DNA of 32,000 bases from Methanococcus maripaludis (lineage in GTDB: Archaea; AGJL01; Methanococci; Methanococcales; Methanococcaceae): NCBI RefSeq assembly GCF_002945325.1, contig NZ_CP026606.1, positions 840,001 through 872,000 of the forward strand, read 5' to 3'. The translations under genes and the position numbers were made by a program. Numbering within the stretch: position 1 is the stretch's first letter; each line of letters begins with the position of its first letter. Of this stretch, positions 1 to 9,790 are shown in pieces. The notes under the pieces are model-generated. The model saw nothing but the letters and a program-made list of their open reading frames with translations. It was not told the DNA's origin and ran no database searches.

Positions 1-1917
1 AATGAATATACCCAAATTGAATTAAAAACCGAACCAGTTACAGAATTAAAGGAAACCAAAGTTCCAAACGTAACTTACGAAGATATCGGTGGTTTAAAAG
101 AAGAAGTCAAAAAAATCAGGGAAATGGTAGAACTTCCAATGAGATACCCTGAATTATTTGATAAACTTGGTATTGAACCGCCAAAAGGAGTATTACTTGC
201 AGGACCTCCAGGAACTGGAAAAACTCTGCTTGCAAAAGCTGTTGCAAATGAAGCCGGAGCTAACTTCTACACGATAAACGGCCCCGAAATAATGAGTAAA
301 TACGTCGGTGAAACCGAAGAAAATTTAAGGAAAATATTTGAAGAAGCTGAAGAAAATTCGCCTTCAATTATATTTATCGATGAAATCGATGCAGTTGCTC
401 CAAAAAGGGACGAAGCAAGCGGTGAAGTTGAAAGAAGAATGGTTGCCCAGCTTTTAACACTGATGGACGGCCTTGAAAGTAGAGGTCAGCTCGTAATTCT
501 CGCAGCTACAAACAGACCTGATTCAATCGATATGGCTTTGAGAAGACCTGGAAGACTTGACAGGGAAATTACGATTGGAATTCCCGATAGACACGGTAGA
601 AACGAGATTTTGCAGATACATACAAGAAATATGCCACTTCAACCAGATTATGAAAAATCTGATGTAATTTCAATATTAAATGAACTTGTTGGAGAATATG
701 ATAGGAGCAAAATCGAAAGCCTTGTCAAATTAGTCGAAAAAGCGTCATCAGAAGAAGAAATCGAAAAAATATTAAAAGATGGCGAAGTAGAGGACAAAGT
801 AAAAGTAAAATTAAATCAATTAATGGTAAAAGAACTTGCAGACAAAACCCACGGTTTTGCTGGTGCTGATTTGGCCGCCCTTTCAAAAGAAGCTGCAATG
901 AAAACTTTAAGAAGATTCCTGCCTGACATCGACCTTGAAAAAGAAGAAATTCCTCGAGAAGTACTTGATAAAATTAAAGTAACTAAAGAAGACTTTGTGG
1001 GCGGTTTGAAAGAAGTAGAACCTTCTGCATTGAGAGAAGTATTGGTAGAAGTTCCAAATATCAAGTGGAGTGATGTTGGAGGTCTTGAAGATATTAAACA
1101 GGATTTAAAAGAAGCTGTTGAATGGCCAATTAAAAATAAAGAAATGTTTGAAAGAATGGGAATAAGGCCCCCAAAGGGAGTTTTACTCTTTGGTCCACCT
1201 GGAACTGGAAAAACATTGCTTGCAAAAGCTGTTGCAAATGAAAGTGAAGCAAATTTCATCAGCGTCAAAGGCCCAGAAATATTCAGCAAATGGGTAGGAG
1301 AAAGCGAAAAAGCAATCCGTGAAATATTTAGAAAAGCAAGACAAGCTGCTCCAACAGTTATATTCTTTGATGAAATCGATTCAGTCGCTCCAAAAAGAGG
1401 AATGGACTTTGGAAGTAGCGGTGTTACTGAAAAAGTTGTAAATCAGCTTTTAACAGAACTTGATGGTCTTGAAGAACCTAAAGATGTAGTGATAATTGCT
1501 GCAACAAACAGGCCCGACATATTAGATCAGGCACTTTTAAGGCCTGGAAGACTCGATAGAATTGTATTAGTTCCTATTCCTAATGAAACAGCAAGACTTG
1601 AGATATTTAAAGTTCACACTAAAGGAATGCCTATTGGAAAAGACGTGAACCTTGAAAAACTTGCAAAAGAAACTAAAGGATATACTGGTGCAGATATAGA
1701 AGCAGTTTGTAGAGAAGCTGCAATGATTGCATTAAGGGAAAATATAAATTCAGAACATGTCGAATCTAGACACTTTGACGGTGCTTTTAAAAGAATTGCA
1801 CCTTCTGTAAAAGATGAAGATATGGATGAATACAAAGACCTCGCAAAAGAATACGGTCAAAACGCAGGCGTATCCGAGATTGAAAAAGGCCCTGAAAATA
1901 CCGGATACCACAGATAA
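1..1917 (+). CDS. CDC48/VCP-type AAA+ ATPase with tandem AAA domains, 5' truncated by the window
   Basis: Frame 1 is open from base 1 ([43 protein letters not shown]...), so the track start at 124 is internal. Two Walker A motifs ([17 protein letters not shown]), Walker B motifs ([15 protein letters not shown]) and paired arginine-finger segments. Confidence 0.97.
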   Translation, partial: NEYTQIELKTEPVTELKETKVPNVTYEDIGGLKEEVKKIREMVELPMRYPELFDKLGIEPPKGVLLAGPPGTGKTLLAKAVANEAGANFYTINGPEIMSKYVGETEENLRKIFEEAEENSPSIIFIDEIDAVAPKRDEASGEVERRMVAQLLTLMDGLESRGQLVILAATNRPDSIDMALRRPGRLDREITIGIPDRHGRNEILQIHTRNMPLQPDYEKSDVISILNELVGEYDRSKIESLVKLVEKASSEEEIEKILKDGEVEDKVKVKLNQLMVKELADKTHGFAGADLAALSKEAAMKTLRRFLPDIDLEKEEIPREVLDKIKVTKEDFVGGLKEVEPSALREVLVEVPNIKWSDVGGLEDIKQDLKEAVEWPIKNKEMFERMGIRPPKGVLLFGPPGTGKTLLAKAVANESEANFISVKGPEIFSKWVGESEKAIREIFRKARQAAPTVIFFDEIDSVAPKRGMDFGSSGVTEKVVNQLLTELDGLEEPKDVVIIAATNRPDILDQALLRPGRLDRIVLVPIPNETARLEIFKVHTKGMPIGKDVNLEKLAKETKGYTGADIEAVCREAAMIALRENINSEHVESRHFDGAFKRIAPSVKDEDMDEYKDLAKEYGQNAGVSEIEKGPENTGYHR

Positions 1918-1922
1918 ATAAA

Positions 1923-1943
1923 AAAATGATTTAATATCATTTT
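1923..1943. terminator. Candidate bidirectional terminator hairpin between convergent genes
   Basis: AAAATGAT (1923-1930) / TTAAT loop / ATCATTTT (1936-1943), perfect 8-bp stem flanked by A- and T-rich tracts. Confidence 0.4.
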
Positions 1944-2406
1944 AATTTTCATTTATTAGTTTTAAAACAATTTTTTTAATGTGTTTAAAGTATTTTGGGT
2001 GTATCATATAAACTGAATAAATCTTATTCCAATTTTCACTTGATGACTCATTCTCTCGTAAATCACATAACTGGTAAACTAAGGTTCCAGATTCGTTTTT
2101 CCATACTGTAAATTTAATATAATTTTCTTCGTAAGGAGCCTCGAAATCACGATATTTATATTTTTTAAGAATATTTACTGTTTTTTCTTCGTCTTCTGAA
2201 AGATTTATTTTTGAAATTTCTTTTTCAAGTATTCTAAAAAGTAAGGTCGTATATAAACAAAATTTTACGTAAACATACGGTTCTTTTACTTTGAAAGAAT
2301 CTTTTTCGAATCCCAATAATCTTTCTTCGTATTCTTTAAGTAATGATAAAATTGAAATGTTTTCTGAGACATTATCTACAAAATAAGAGTTATTTTTAAA
2401 TTCCAT
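1942..2406 (-). CDS. Hypothetical protein, no family recognised
   Basis: ORF MEFKNNSYFVDNVSENISILSLLKEYEERLLGF...; start moved from 2442 to 2406 because AGGTGG lies just upstream of this ATG. Confidence 0.7.
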   Translation of the reverse strand: MEFKNNSYFVDNVSENISILSLLKEYEERLLGFEKDSFKVKEPYVYVKFCLYTTLLFRILEKEISKINLSEDEEKTVNILKKYKYRDFEAPYEENYIKFTVWKNESGTLVYQLCDLRENESSSENWNKIYSVYMIHPKYFKHIKKIVLKLINEN

Positions 2407-2516
2407 TTTTGCCACCTGAATTAGTAATAACGTAATATACAAATTTAGTATATTATACTTATGCTAACTCCAAAATTAAACAAGAAATTAACCAATCTCC
2501 CAATATATCCATATAA

Positions 2517-2526
2517 TTTTATATAT
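2517..2526 (+). promoter_or_regulatory. Candidate TATA box for the HD-domain gene
   Basis: TTTTATATAT centred about 27 nt upstream of ATG 2549, with no SD-like sequence between. Confidence 0.45.
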
Positions 2527-2548
2527 TTGTTTAAATATATTTTGTAGC

Positions 2549-3925
2549 ATGTCAAAACTCAAAATAATACGGGATCCAATCCATAAAGATATCAAACTTA
2601 ACGAAGAAGAGATATCAATAGTTGATATGCCCGAAATTCAGAGATTGAGAAATATCAAGCAAACCGGACTTACTTGCTTGGTATACCCCAGTGCAAATCA
2701 TACCCGTTTTGAGCATTCTATAGGTACAATGCACGTTGCAGGCGAAATTGCCAAAAATTTAGAAAATATTGACAAAAATTTAACTAAAATCGTTGCATTA
2801 CTCCACGATATCGGTCACCCTCCTTTTTCACATACTTTAGAAGTTGCAGGATATGACCATGAAGAATTTACGAAAGAAAAAATAAAAAGAATGAATTTTG
2901 AGAATTACACTTCAAAAGAAGTTTTAGATGTGTATTCTTCAAAAGGTCTGGAAGGATCTTTAATACACGGGGATGTCGATGCTGACAGGATGGACTATTT
3001 AGTAAGGGACAGTCACCACACAGGAGTTGCGTATGGTTCAATAGATATCCCCAGACTTATCAGAAGTATTGTGGTTATTGAAGATACAAATAAACTTGGA
3101 ATTATAGAAAAAGGAAGAACTACTGTTGAATCACTCCTTACTGCAAGATATCAGATGTATCCAACTGTTTATATGCACCCCACCTCAAGAATCTCGGAAA
3201 CCATGATTAAAAATGCAACAATAGACGCAATTAAAGACGACATCTTTAAATTAAGAGATTTATCTTTAATGGATGATATTGATTTAATATGTACATTAAG
3301 AAGGTCTGAAGGTTCCTCAAATGAGATTATGAGGAAAATAGATGCACGGGACTTATTTAAAAGTATTTCAGTCCAACGATACAATGAACTATCCCCAAAA
3401 GAAAGATGGAATTTGATAAATTTATCTGAGAATGAACTGGGTATCATCGAAAACGAGATGAGTGACTTTTTTGGATCGAGAATTTTTTTAGATATTCCAA
3501 AACCCCCTAAAATGGCAGAACACCGAATTACTGTCATAATGGGGGATAAAAAACAGAGACTTGATGAAATTTCGCCCCTTGCGGAAAGTTTAAAAGATGC
3601 TTACAAGAAATCCTGGAGTGTAATGGTTTATTCTGAACCCGAAACTGCAAAAAAATCTTCTGAAATTGTAAAAGATAAGAATAAATTTTTATTTGACTTC
3701 ATTAGCGATGAAATTATTGAAAATAATATTTTAAACGTATTAAATGAACAGGGAACCGTTCAGGGAGTTACAAAACTTGCAGGACTTGTTAAAAAAAGCC
3801 CAAACGATACAGAATTCCATTCCGAACTTCAAAAATTAATATTTTGTGGCCTTGTTGACAAAAAAGTCGAACCTGTGCGCGGAACATATAGGTACGATTA
3901 TACTGCAGCAAAACTTGATAATTAA
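2549..3925 (+). CDS. HD-superfamily phosphohydrolase (dGTPase/COG1078-like)
   Basis: IRDPIHKDIKL, RLRNIKQTGL, HTRFEHSIGT, ALLHDIGHPPFSHTLE and GDVDADRMDYLVRDSHHTGV are characteristic motifs. Confidence 0.9.
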   Translation: MSKLKIIRDPIHKDIKLNEEEISIVDMPEIQRLRNIKQTGLTCLVYPSANHTRFEHSIGTMHVAGEIAKNLENIDKNLTKIVALLHDIGHPPFSHTLEVAGYDHEEFTKEKIKRMNFENYTSKEVLDVYSSKGLEGSLIHGDVDADRMDYLVRDSHHTGVAYGSIDIPRLIRSIVVIEDTNKLGIIEKGRTTVESLLTARYQMYPTVYMHPTSRISETMIKNATIDAIKDDIFKLRDLSLMDDIDLICTLRRSEGSSNEIMRKIDARDLFKSISVQRYNELSPKERWNLINLSENELGIIENEMSDFFGSRIFLDIPKPPKMAEHRITVIMGDKKQRLDEISPLAESLKDAYKKSWSVMVYSEPETAKKSSEIVKDKNKFLFDFISDEIIENNILNVLNEQGTVQGVTKLAGLVKKSPNDTEFHSELQKLIFCGLVDKKVEPVRGTYRYDYTAAKLDN

Positions 3926-5124
3926 CACAATTTTGAACGGTATATCACAAGCGTATTTTCTTCAACAGCATAATTGTTAATATCTACGAATTCTAAATTA
4001 ATAATCTCTTTTAAATTCTTTCCGACACTTCCAGAAAGCAGGAACTTAACACCTTTTTTATTATATTTTTTTATCAAGTCTGCAAGCTTTTTAATATTTA
4101 TTTCTTCACAGGTGCATCCAATATCCCCACCAACAATTATTGTTCCGGTTTCAAATAAGTTTAAAAAATCAAAAATTGCGTAATCTATTGCTTTTAAATC
4201 AAGTCCAGGATTGATATTTTTAACAATTTGGTAATTGTTTTTCTTTTCTACATTCATCCGGTTTTTAATCTCAAAACTTTTTAAACTGTTTTTTATTTCC
4301 TCAAAGCCCATAAAATAAGAGCATAATTCTATTGCAAAAATTGAATTTTCGATAAAGTGGCTTCCAAAAACAGATTCGTTGAATTCAAAATCATTTTTTG
4401 AATAATTAAATTTTAAAGGGTATTTTGAAATTATTTTTGCATTTTTAACGACGTTTAAATTTTTGTGACATATTTCAAACCTGTTTTTAAGATCTTCGTT
4501 AACAAAAACGATTTTTGAATTTTTTAAAGAATCTATTTTGATAGATGCCTGTCTCCTACCCCCTGCAATTGAGTAGTTTTCCAAAATATTTGTTAATATC
4601 GAATAGTTTGAAGAAACGATTCCTAAAGAAATCTCAAATATCAAAAAATCGTAAATTTGAAGTTTTTTTTCTTCATTTAGTTTATTTAATATATTTAAAA
4701 CATTTACTGGCGTAATTGAACCATCGCTACTATTATGGCAGAAAACGCTATATTTTTCGGATAAAATATGTTTTAAAAGTTCAGTAGTTGTAGTTTTTCC
4801 CTTAACACCCGTTACAGTTATCATTTTTTCAACGGTTTTCGGGTACTTTTTTGATATAATTTCAGAAACTGCTTCGTGAAAAGTTTTAAATTTAACGTCT
4901 ATTGGACAGTGAACTGGTGCAATAACTTCGTTATATTTTAAAAAATTGGGCGTTTCTTTTTTTGAAATTATTTTAAATTTTGATAAAATATTTTTATTTT
5001 CTTCTTTAAAATTTTTGTCTCGTTCCACCTTACCATAAATATCCCAAATTACAGGAACTTTCCCTGATTTTTTATATTCTACTGCCAAATCTAAAGCACC
5101 ATGGTTAATATCAATGATTAACAT
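3922..5124 (-). CDS. cfbE: Mur-ligase-family ATP-dependent ligase, probable coenzyme F430 synthetase CfbE
   Basis: Mur-type P-loop TVTGVKGKTTTTELLKHIL and methanogen context; GGTGACTAAATG at the start. Assignment to CfbE rests on recalled family resemblance. Confidence 0.7.
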   Translation of the reverse strand: MLIIDINHGALDLAVEYKKSGKVPVIWDIYGKVERDKNFKEENKNILSKFKIISKKETPNFLKYNEVIAPVHCPIDVKFKTFHEAVSEIISKKYPKTVEKMITVTGVKGKTTTTELLKHILSEKYSVFCHNSSDGSITPVNVLNILNKLNEEKKLQIYDFLIFEISLGIVSSNYSILTNILENYSIAGGRRQASIKIDSLKNSKIVFVNEDLKNRFEICHKNLNVVKNAKIISKYPLKFNYSKNDFEFNESVFGSHFIENSIFAIELCSYFMGFEEIKNSLKSFEIKNRMNVEKKNNYQIVKNINPGLDLKAIDYAIFDFLNLFETGTIIVGGDIGCTCEEINIKKLADLIKKYNKKGVKFLLSGSVGKNLKEIINLEFVDINNYAVEENTLVIYRSKLC

Positions 5125-5205
5125 TTAGTCACCAGAAAGTTGTTTTAGTTACATTTTTAAATTATTAGATTAATATTCTATTGGGAATTATCTGGGGGGA
5201 TAGTT

Positions 5206-5490
5206 TTGAACATAGATCTTTTTGCAATAGTAAATAGTATATCGGATTTATTATTTAATCAAGTCTACGACCTTTGCGGCATGTTTTACCCGATGTTTGT
5301 AGGCGGAATAGTTTCAATGTTTGTTTTTTTTGTATTTAAAAGCGTTAACAAAAGTATTATTGCGTTAGTGGTAACCGCAATAGTTATTTTCGCACTTCCA
5401 ACAACTCCATACGAATGCAGGCTTGTTGCAGTCATTTTAGCTGCTGTTTCTTCAGTATTCTTCGTAATATTGTTTAGAAAAGTTCGTTAA
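5206..5490 (+). CDS. Small predicted membrane protein, about three TM segments
   Basis: 94-aa hydrophobic ORF; TTG start preceded by GGGGGGAT (5194-5201). Confidence 0.65.
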   Translation: MNIDLFAIVNSISDLLFNQVYDLCGMFYPMFVGGIVSMFVFFVFKSVNKSIIALVVTAIVIFALPTTPYECRLVAVILAAVSSVFFVILFRKVR

Positions 5491-5492
5491 AT

Positions 5493-6239
5493 TTAAGAAG
5501 AAATCTGGTGAATAAATTCCTTGTAGAGCAGGTAGCATGCAATCGTTACAGAAAATATGTTAGATGCCATTATCATCCACATTATAGTTATCTGGACCTT
5601 TGCAGCTTCTAAAGGGTCCACGCCTGCAAGAAGCATTCCAACCATTGCTCCTGGAATAAATATGAGCCCTACTGCTTTTGTGGAGTTTAAATGTGGCGTT
5701 AATGCAGCTCGAACTGCTTTTTTAACAAACGTATTTACCGCCTGTTTTTCGGTTGCCCCAAGTGCAAGATAGCCCCAGAGTACGTCTTTTTCAGATTTTA
5801 AATCATTTAAAAATCTTTCGAGACCTATAGACATTGCATTTGTAGAATTACCAATAACCATGCCCATTAAAGGGATTAAATAGCGCACTTCAAATAATAC
5901 CGTTTTTGATACTGTTAAAATGATCAGAGAAATTATTGTTATTGTAATCGTTGATAAAAATGCGGCACATACTATTTTTCTATTTTTTTCTTTGGTTACA
6001 TTTCTTTTAACCATAAATGCTGAAACTGACACCATGAATAGTATCATAATACTGGCATAATAAATTCCAAGGTTAAATACTATTCCAATCACGTAACCAA
6101 GAACAACAAGCTGGATTAGTGCCATGATTTCTGCAATAAATATTTCTTTTCCAATCCCAAGTTTTTCCTTAAAAATTAATATTAAGGAAAGTAAAACGAA
6201 TGAAAAAGAAATTAAAAGAGATTCAAACACTTTTATCAT
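5493..6239 (-). CDS. UPF0014/FetB-like ABC-type permease
   Basis: GNSTNAMSIGLERF, LGATEKQAV...AALTPHLNSTKAVGLIFIPGAMVGMLLAGVDPLEAAKVQI, with multiple TM segments. Confidence 0.8.
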   Translation of the reverse strand: MIKVFESLLISFSFVLLSLILIFKEKLGIGKEIFIAEIMALIQLVVLGYVIGIVFNLGIYYASIMILFMVSVSAFMVKRNVTKEKNRKIVCAAFLSTITITIISLIILTVSKTVLFEVRYLIPLMGMVIGNSTNAMSIGLERFLNDLKSEKDVLWGYLALGATEKQAVNTFVKKAVRAALTPHLNSTKAVGLIFIPGAMVGMLLAGVDPLEAAKVQITIMWMIMASNIFSVTIACYLLYKEFIHQISS

Positions 6240-6242
6240 CTT

Positions 6243-7100
6243 TTAGCTTTTTTTGTATTTTATAAGGCATTCTGCAATTCTTTTATCAACATCAATTCCA
6301 AGGGACCTAAAGCCTTTTGTACCGGGTGCAGTGTTTACCTCAACAACGTAGTACTCTCCATCTTTTGGTAAGATGTCAATTCCCATAATATATCCATTCA
6401 TGCACTCAGAACACTTTAAAGCGATTTCTTCAAGTTCCGAAGATACATTTAAAGGCTCGATTTGACCGCCAACATATAGGTTCGTTATGAAGTTATTACT
6501 TACTCGCCTATACCCGCCAACAACTTCCCCATCGATTACGAGTATCCTCATATCTTTATATGTGTCCCCTTTTTTAAAATCAACGTATTCTTGAATTAAT
6601 TTGCTTTCCCATATCGAATTTTTAGAAAGTTCTTGTAATTCATCGTCAGAATTTGCTTTTTGTACCTTCATTCCGCATTTTGAAAATGAATTTTTCAATA
6701 TAACCGGGTAATCTATATTTGTAATATCTAAAAAATGTTTTGCATCCCCATAATCTCGAATAAGTGCAGTTTTTGGCGTTTTTAACCCGTTTTTACTAAG
6801 AATTTTCGTTGTTTTAAATTTATCCGATGAATTATAGATTGTTTCGAGAGGATTTATAAAATAATGGCCTTCAGATTCCAGATTTTTTAAAACCTGCCAT
6901 GAAAAAAGGGTTAACCTATCTAAATAATCCCCGATACCGCATCTTGAGTGTATTAAATCGGTTTCTATATTGAAATCAGTATCAACTAACAAATTATCGC
7001 TAGAAAGTAACAAAATATTACATTTTTCGCCCAAATCTTCAATAGCTTTTTTTAGGGAGTATATTGTCGACCCCCCTTCTGCACAAGCAATTGTTATCAT
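6243..7100 (-). CDS. RimK-type ATP-grasp alpha-L-glutamate ligase (MptN/CofF-like)
   Basis: ATP-grasp motifs YPVILKNSFSKCGMKV, DMRILVIDGEVVGGYRRV, VVEVNTAPGTKGF. Start at 7100 or 7103 (GGTGAATGATG). Substrate (tetrahydromethanopterin or F420) not resolvable here. Confidence 0.8.
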   Translation of the reverse strand: MITIACAEGGSTIYSLKKAIEDLGEKCNILLLSSDNLLVDTDFNIETDLIHSRCGIGDYLDRLTLFSWQVLKNLESEGHYFINPLETIYNSSDKFKTTKILSKNGLKTPKTALIRDYGDAKHFLDITNIDYPVILKNSFSKCGMKVQKANSDDELQELSKNSIWESKLIQEYVDFKKGDTYKDMRILVIDGEVVGGYRRVSNNFITNLYVGGQIEPLNVSSELEEIALKCSECMNGYIMGIDILPKDGEYYVVEVNTAPGTKGFRSLGIDVDKRIAECLIKYKKS

Positions 7101-7121
7101 CATTCACCTGAAAATTAACGT

Positions 7122-8249
7122 TTAAATAAATGAATAAATCATTGAAGCTAGTATTGCCAACCATACAAATATACTTATCGAGTTTAAATTCCTTTCACTA
7201 ATTACAAATCCAACAAGATTTGCAATTTTTGAAACAAACCAGTTATTCTTTCTAAAGTCCCTTATTGCATCAGGCAGAGCCATCCAGATGTGGTATCCAT
7301 CAAGTGGGGCTGCAGGAAGTAAATTGAAAAATCCTAAAAGCATGTTTAGTAGTGAAGTCCAGTAGAATGTTTGTAAAATATACATTACCGTTTTTGAAGG
7401 TTCTGAAACAATGCCCATTTTTCCTTCTTCTGATGTCGTTATGTAATATGAATTTACTTCGTTATTTCTTAAAACAGCAAGTTCGACTGATTGTTCAGGT
7501 TGTATATCGCCCACTGCATCGTAAAAGTCATTTAAAGAATTAACCATTTTTCCGTTTATCGAATAGATTACGTCGCCCTCAAAAATTATTCCGTAAGCAG
7601 GAGTATCTTCCAAAACATCCGTTATCGTTAATTTTGAATTCATCCCCGTAAAATAAGGCATTGCAAAAAGTACTAAGAAAAATACGAGTACGTTTGAGAT
7701 AGGGCCTGCTGCCGCAATTGCACCCCTAATTTTAGGTTTTGAATCTTTGAATTCATCCCCAAGTTCTACAAATGCACCCATGGGAATTCCCAAAGCCAGT
7801 AAAAGCCCGGAACTCTTTATTTTTTGCCCAAAAGATGCTGCAACAATCCCGTGTGAAAGTTCGTGAATAGTAACTCCAATAATTATTGCTAAAATTCCAG
7901 GAATCCATGGGATTGTACTTCCAAACAAAAATATAATTGGTTTGGCAGCTTCTTTTTCAACAGTTCCGTCGAAAAGCCCAACAGTCGATAAAATAAATGC
8001 GTAAAACGTGTAAATGCTTATTACGACGCATACTGGAATTGATAAATATGCAAGTTTTTGCCATATACTGTATTTTCCAAGTTTTTTTATTATATTCATT
8101 CCTACTTGTGTCCTCAATATTCCAAAAATACCCATGTAAGTTTTTAAATCCAGATTAATTCCTAATTTATCTTTATTGTGATTTATAATGTACAGAACTG
8201 TCCAAAATATTAAAAAAAACAACAGTACTGCTGTTGAAGTAAGTTCCAT
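7122..8249 (-). CDS. M50/site-2-protease family membrane metalloprotease with PDZ domain
   Basis: HELSHG (HExxH), PDZ-like DVLEDTPAYGIIFEGDVIYSINGK, NLLPAAPLDGYH motif; start moved to 8249 next to GGTGA. Confidence 0.88.
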   Translation of the reverse strand: MELTSTAVLLFFLIFWTVLYIINHNKDKLGINLDLKTYMGIFGILRTQVGMNIIKKLGKYSIWQKLAYLSIPVCVVISIYTFYAFILSTVGLFDGTVEKEAAKPIIFLFGSTIPWIPGILAIIIGVTIHELSHGIVAASFGQKIKSSGLLLALGIPMGAFVELGDEFKDSKPKIRGAIAAAGPISNVLVFFLVLFAMPYFTGMNSKLTITDVLEDTPAYGIIFEGDVIYSINGKMVNSLNDFYDAVGDIQPEQSVELAVLRNNEVNSYYITTSEEGKMGIVSEPSKTVMYILQTFYWTSLLNMLLGFFNLLPAAPLDGYHIWMALPDAIRDFRKNNWFVSKIANLVGFVISERNLNSISIFVWLAILASMIYSFI

Positions 8250-8330
8250 TTTTTCTTCACCGATTGTAATTATCAACGTTATAAATAGAAATGTTTCGAC
8301 AGTACTTAACTTTTTATATTGTGTATTTTA

Positions 8331-8352
8331 AAATATATCTTAAGATATATTT
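8331..8352. promoter_or_regulatory. Perfect 22-bp palindrome upstream of padR-like gene, candidate operator
   Basis: AAATATATCTTAAGATATATTT is its own reverse complement; just downstream of a TATA-like TTTTTATATT (8311-8320) and 10 bp before ATG 8362. Confidence 0.6.
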
Positions 8353-8361
8353 AGTGATATA

Positions 8362-8820
8362 ATGAAGCATGGTAAAAAAGTAAAAGAACTCATAAAAATA
8401 CTGATATTAAAATTTCTTGAAAAGGAAAACCTCCATGGATACCTTTTGATTTCAAATATTAAGGAAATTACAGGAATTTCCGTTAGTCCGAGCATGGTTT
8501 ATCCAATATTGTCCAATTTAAAAACTGCAGGGCTTATTGAAGTTGAGAAAACGGAAGATAGGGGTAAAAAAATTTACAAATTAACCAATGAAGGTCACTC
8601 GTTTTTAGACAGAAACCAGTCTAAAATAGAGTACTGCATGAAAAAATCTGAAGCACTTTATTATTTCCATAACTTCGGCGGAATTGAGCTTAAAAAAGCA
8701 CTGCATTTAGCGTTTGAAGAATTTATCGATATGGATGATGAAAAAAGAAAGAAAATTGGGGAAATAATGCAAAAATGTGCAAAAGATATTCGTTACCAGA
8801 TCGAATATGGAGATGAGTAA
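8362..8820 (+). CDS. PadR-family transcriptional regulator
   Basis: LHGYLLISNIKEITGISVSPSMVYPILSNLKTAGLIEVEKTEDRGKKIYKLTNEG is the typical PadR winged-helix signature. Confidence 0.88.
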   Translation: MKHGKKVKELIKILILKFLEKENLHGYLLISNIKEITGISVSPSMVYPILSNLKTAGLIEVEKTEDRGKKIYKLTNEGHSFLDRNQSKIEYCMKKSEALYYFHNFGGIELKKALHLAFEEFIDMDDEKRKKIGEIMQKCAKDIRYQIEYGDE

Positions 8821-8821
8821 C

Positions 8822-9790
8822 ATGCATGCAATTGAAGTAAAAAATCTGGTAAAAAAATTTGATACAAATGTGGCGGTAAATAACGTCTCATTTAATGTGG
8901 ATAAAGGAGAAATTTTTGCATTTTTGGGGCCAAATGGGGCAGGAAAAAGTACCACAATAAATATACTTACAACACTTCTTAAATCAACGTCAGGTAGTGC
9001 AGTAATTTCGGGTTTTGATGCATCTAAAGACCCTAAAAAAGTTAGAAAAACTATAGGAATTGTTTTTCAAGATTCTACTCTTGATAACCAGTTAACTGCT
9101 TATGAAAATCTCTACATCCACGGAAAAATATATGGATACAAAGGAGAAGCCCTGAAAAACCGGATTGAAGAGTTACTCGAATTTGTAGAATTGCTGGATT
9201 TTAAAGATAAAATTGTAAAAAATTTCAGCGGCGGAATGGTTAGAAGACTTGAAATTGCAAGATCATTAATTCACGAACCCGAAGTTCTATTTTTAGATGA
9301 ACCAACAATCGGACTTGACCCCCAAACAAGATCTCACATCTGGGAATACATTAAAAAGATGCAAACAAAAAATAACATGACGATATTTTTAACTACCCAC
9401 TACATGGAAGAAGCAGAACTTTTGGCTGATAAAGTTGCAATAATTGATAACGGGAAAATCATTGCTGAAGGAATCGTAAACGAACTTAAAAAAATCGTTG
9501 GAAATGACTGCATCTCGGTAAAATTCGAAGAAATTCCAAAAAATGTGCCTTTTGAGAATTGCGAACTTAAAGAAAACGGAAAAGTAATTTATTATACCGA
9601 AAATGCTGATTTAAAAATTCCAAAAATATTTGAATTTGCACATGAAAACGGCTTAAAAATTCAGGAAATAAGTTATAAAAAGCCGAATTTAAACGATGTC
9701 TTTATAAAATTAACAGGACGGGAAATAAGATCTGAAAAAGATAAAAATCAAAAATCCATACTTCCCCTGGGAAAAAGGAGGAGATTTTAA
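8822..9790 (+). CDS. ABC-2 type (DrrA-like) exporter ATP-binding protein
   Basis: Walker A GPNGAGKST, signature FSGGMVRRLEIARSL, Walker B VLFLDEPTIGLDP. Start at 8822 favoured (GGAG at 8809-8812); 8813 is the alternative. Confidence 0.93.
   Translation: MHAIEVKNLVKKFDTNVAVNNVSFNVDKGEIFAFLGPNGAGKSTTINILTTLLKSTSGSAVISGFDASKDPKKVRKTIGIVFQDSTLDNQLTAYENLYIHGKIYGYKGEALKNRIEELLEFVELLDFKDKIVKNFSGGMVRRLEIARSLIHEPEVLFLDEPTIGLDPQTRSHIWEYIKKMQTKNNMTIFLTTHYMEEAELLADKVAIIDNGKIIAEGIVNELKKIVGNDCISVKFEEIPKNVPFENCELKENGKVIYYTENADLKIPKIFEFAHENGLKIQEISYKKPNLNDVFIKLTGREIRSEKDKNQKSILPLGKRRRF

Noticed and set aside
816-1289. 157-aa minus-strand ORF opposite the CDC48 gene
   Set aside because: Fully antisense to a highly conserved CDS, with low-complexity Ser/Leu composition typical of shadow frames.
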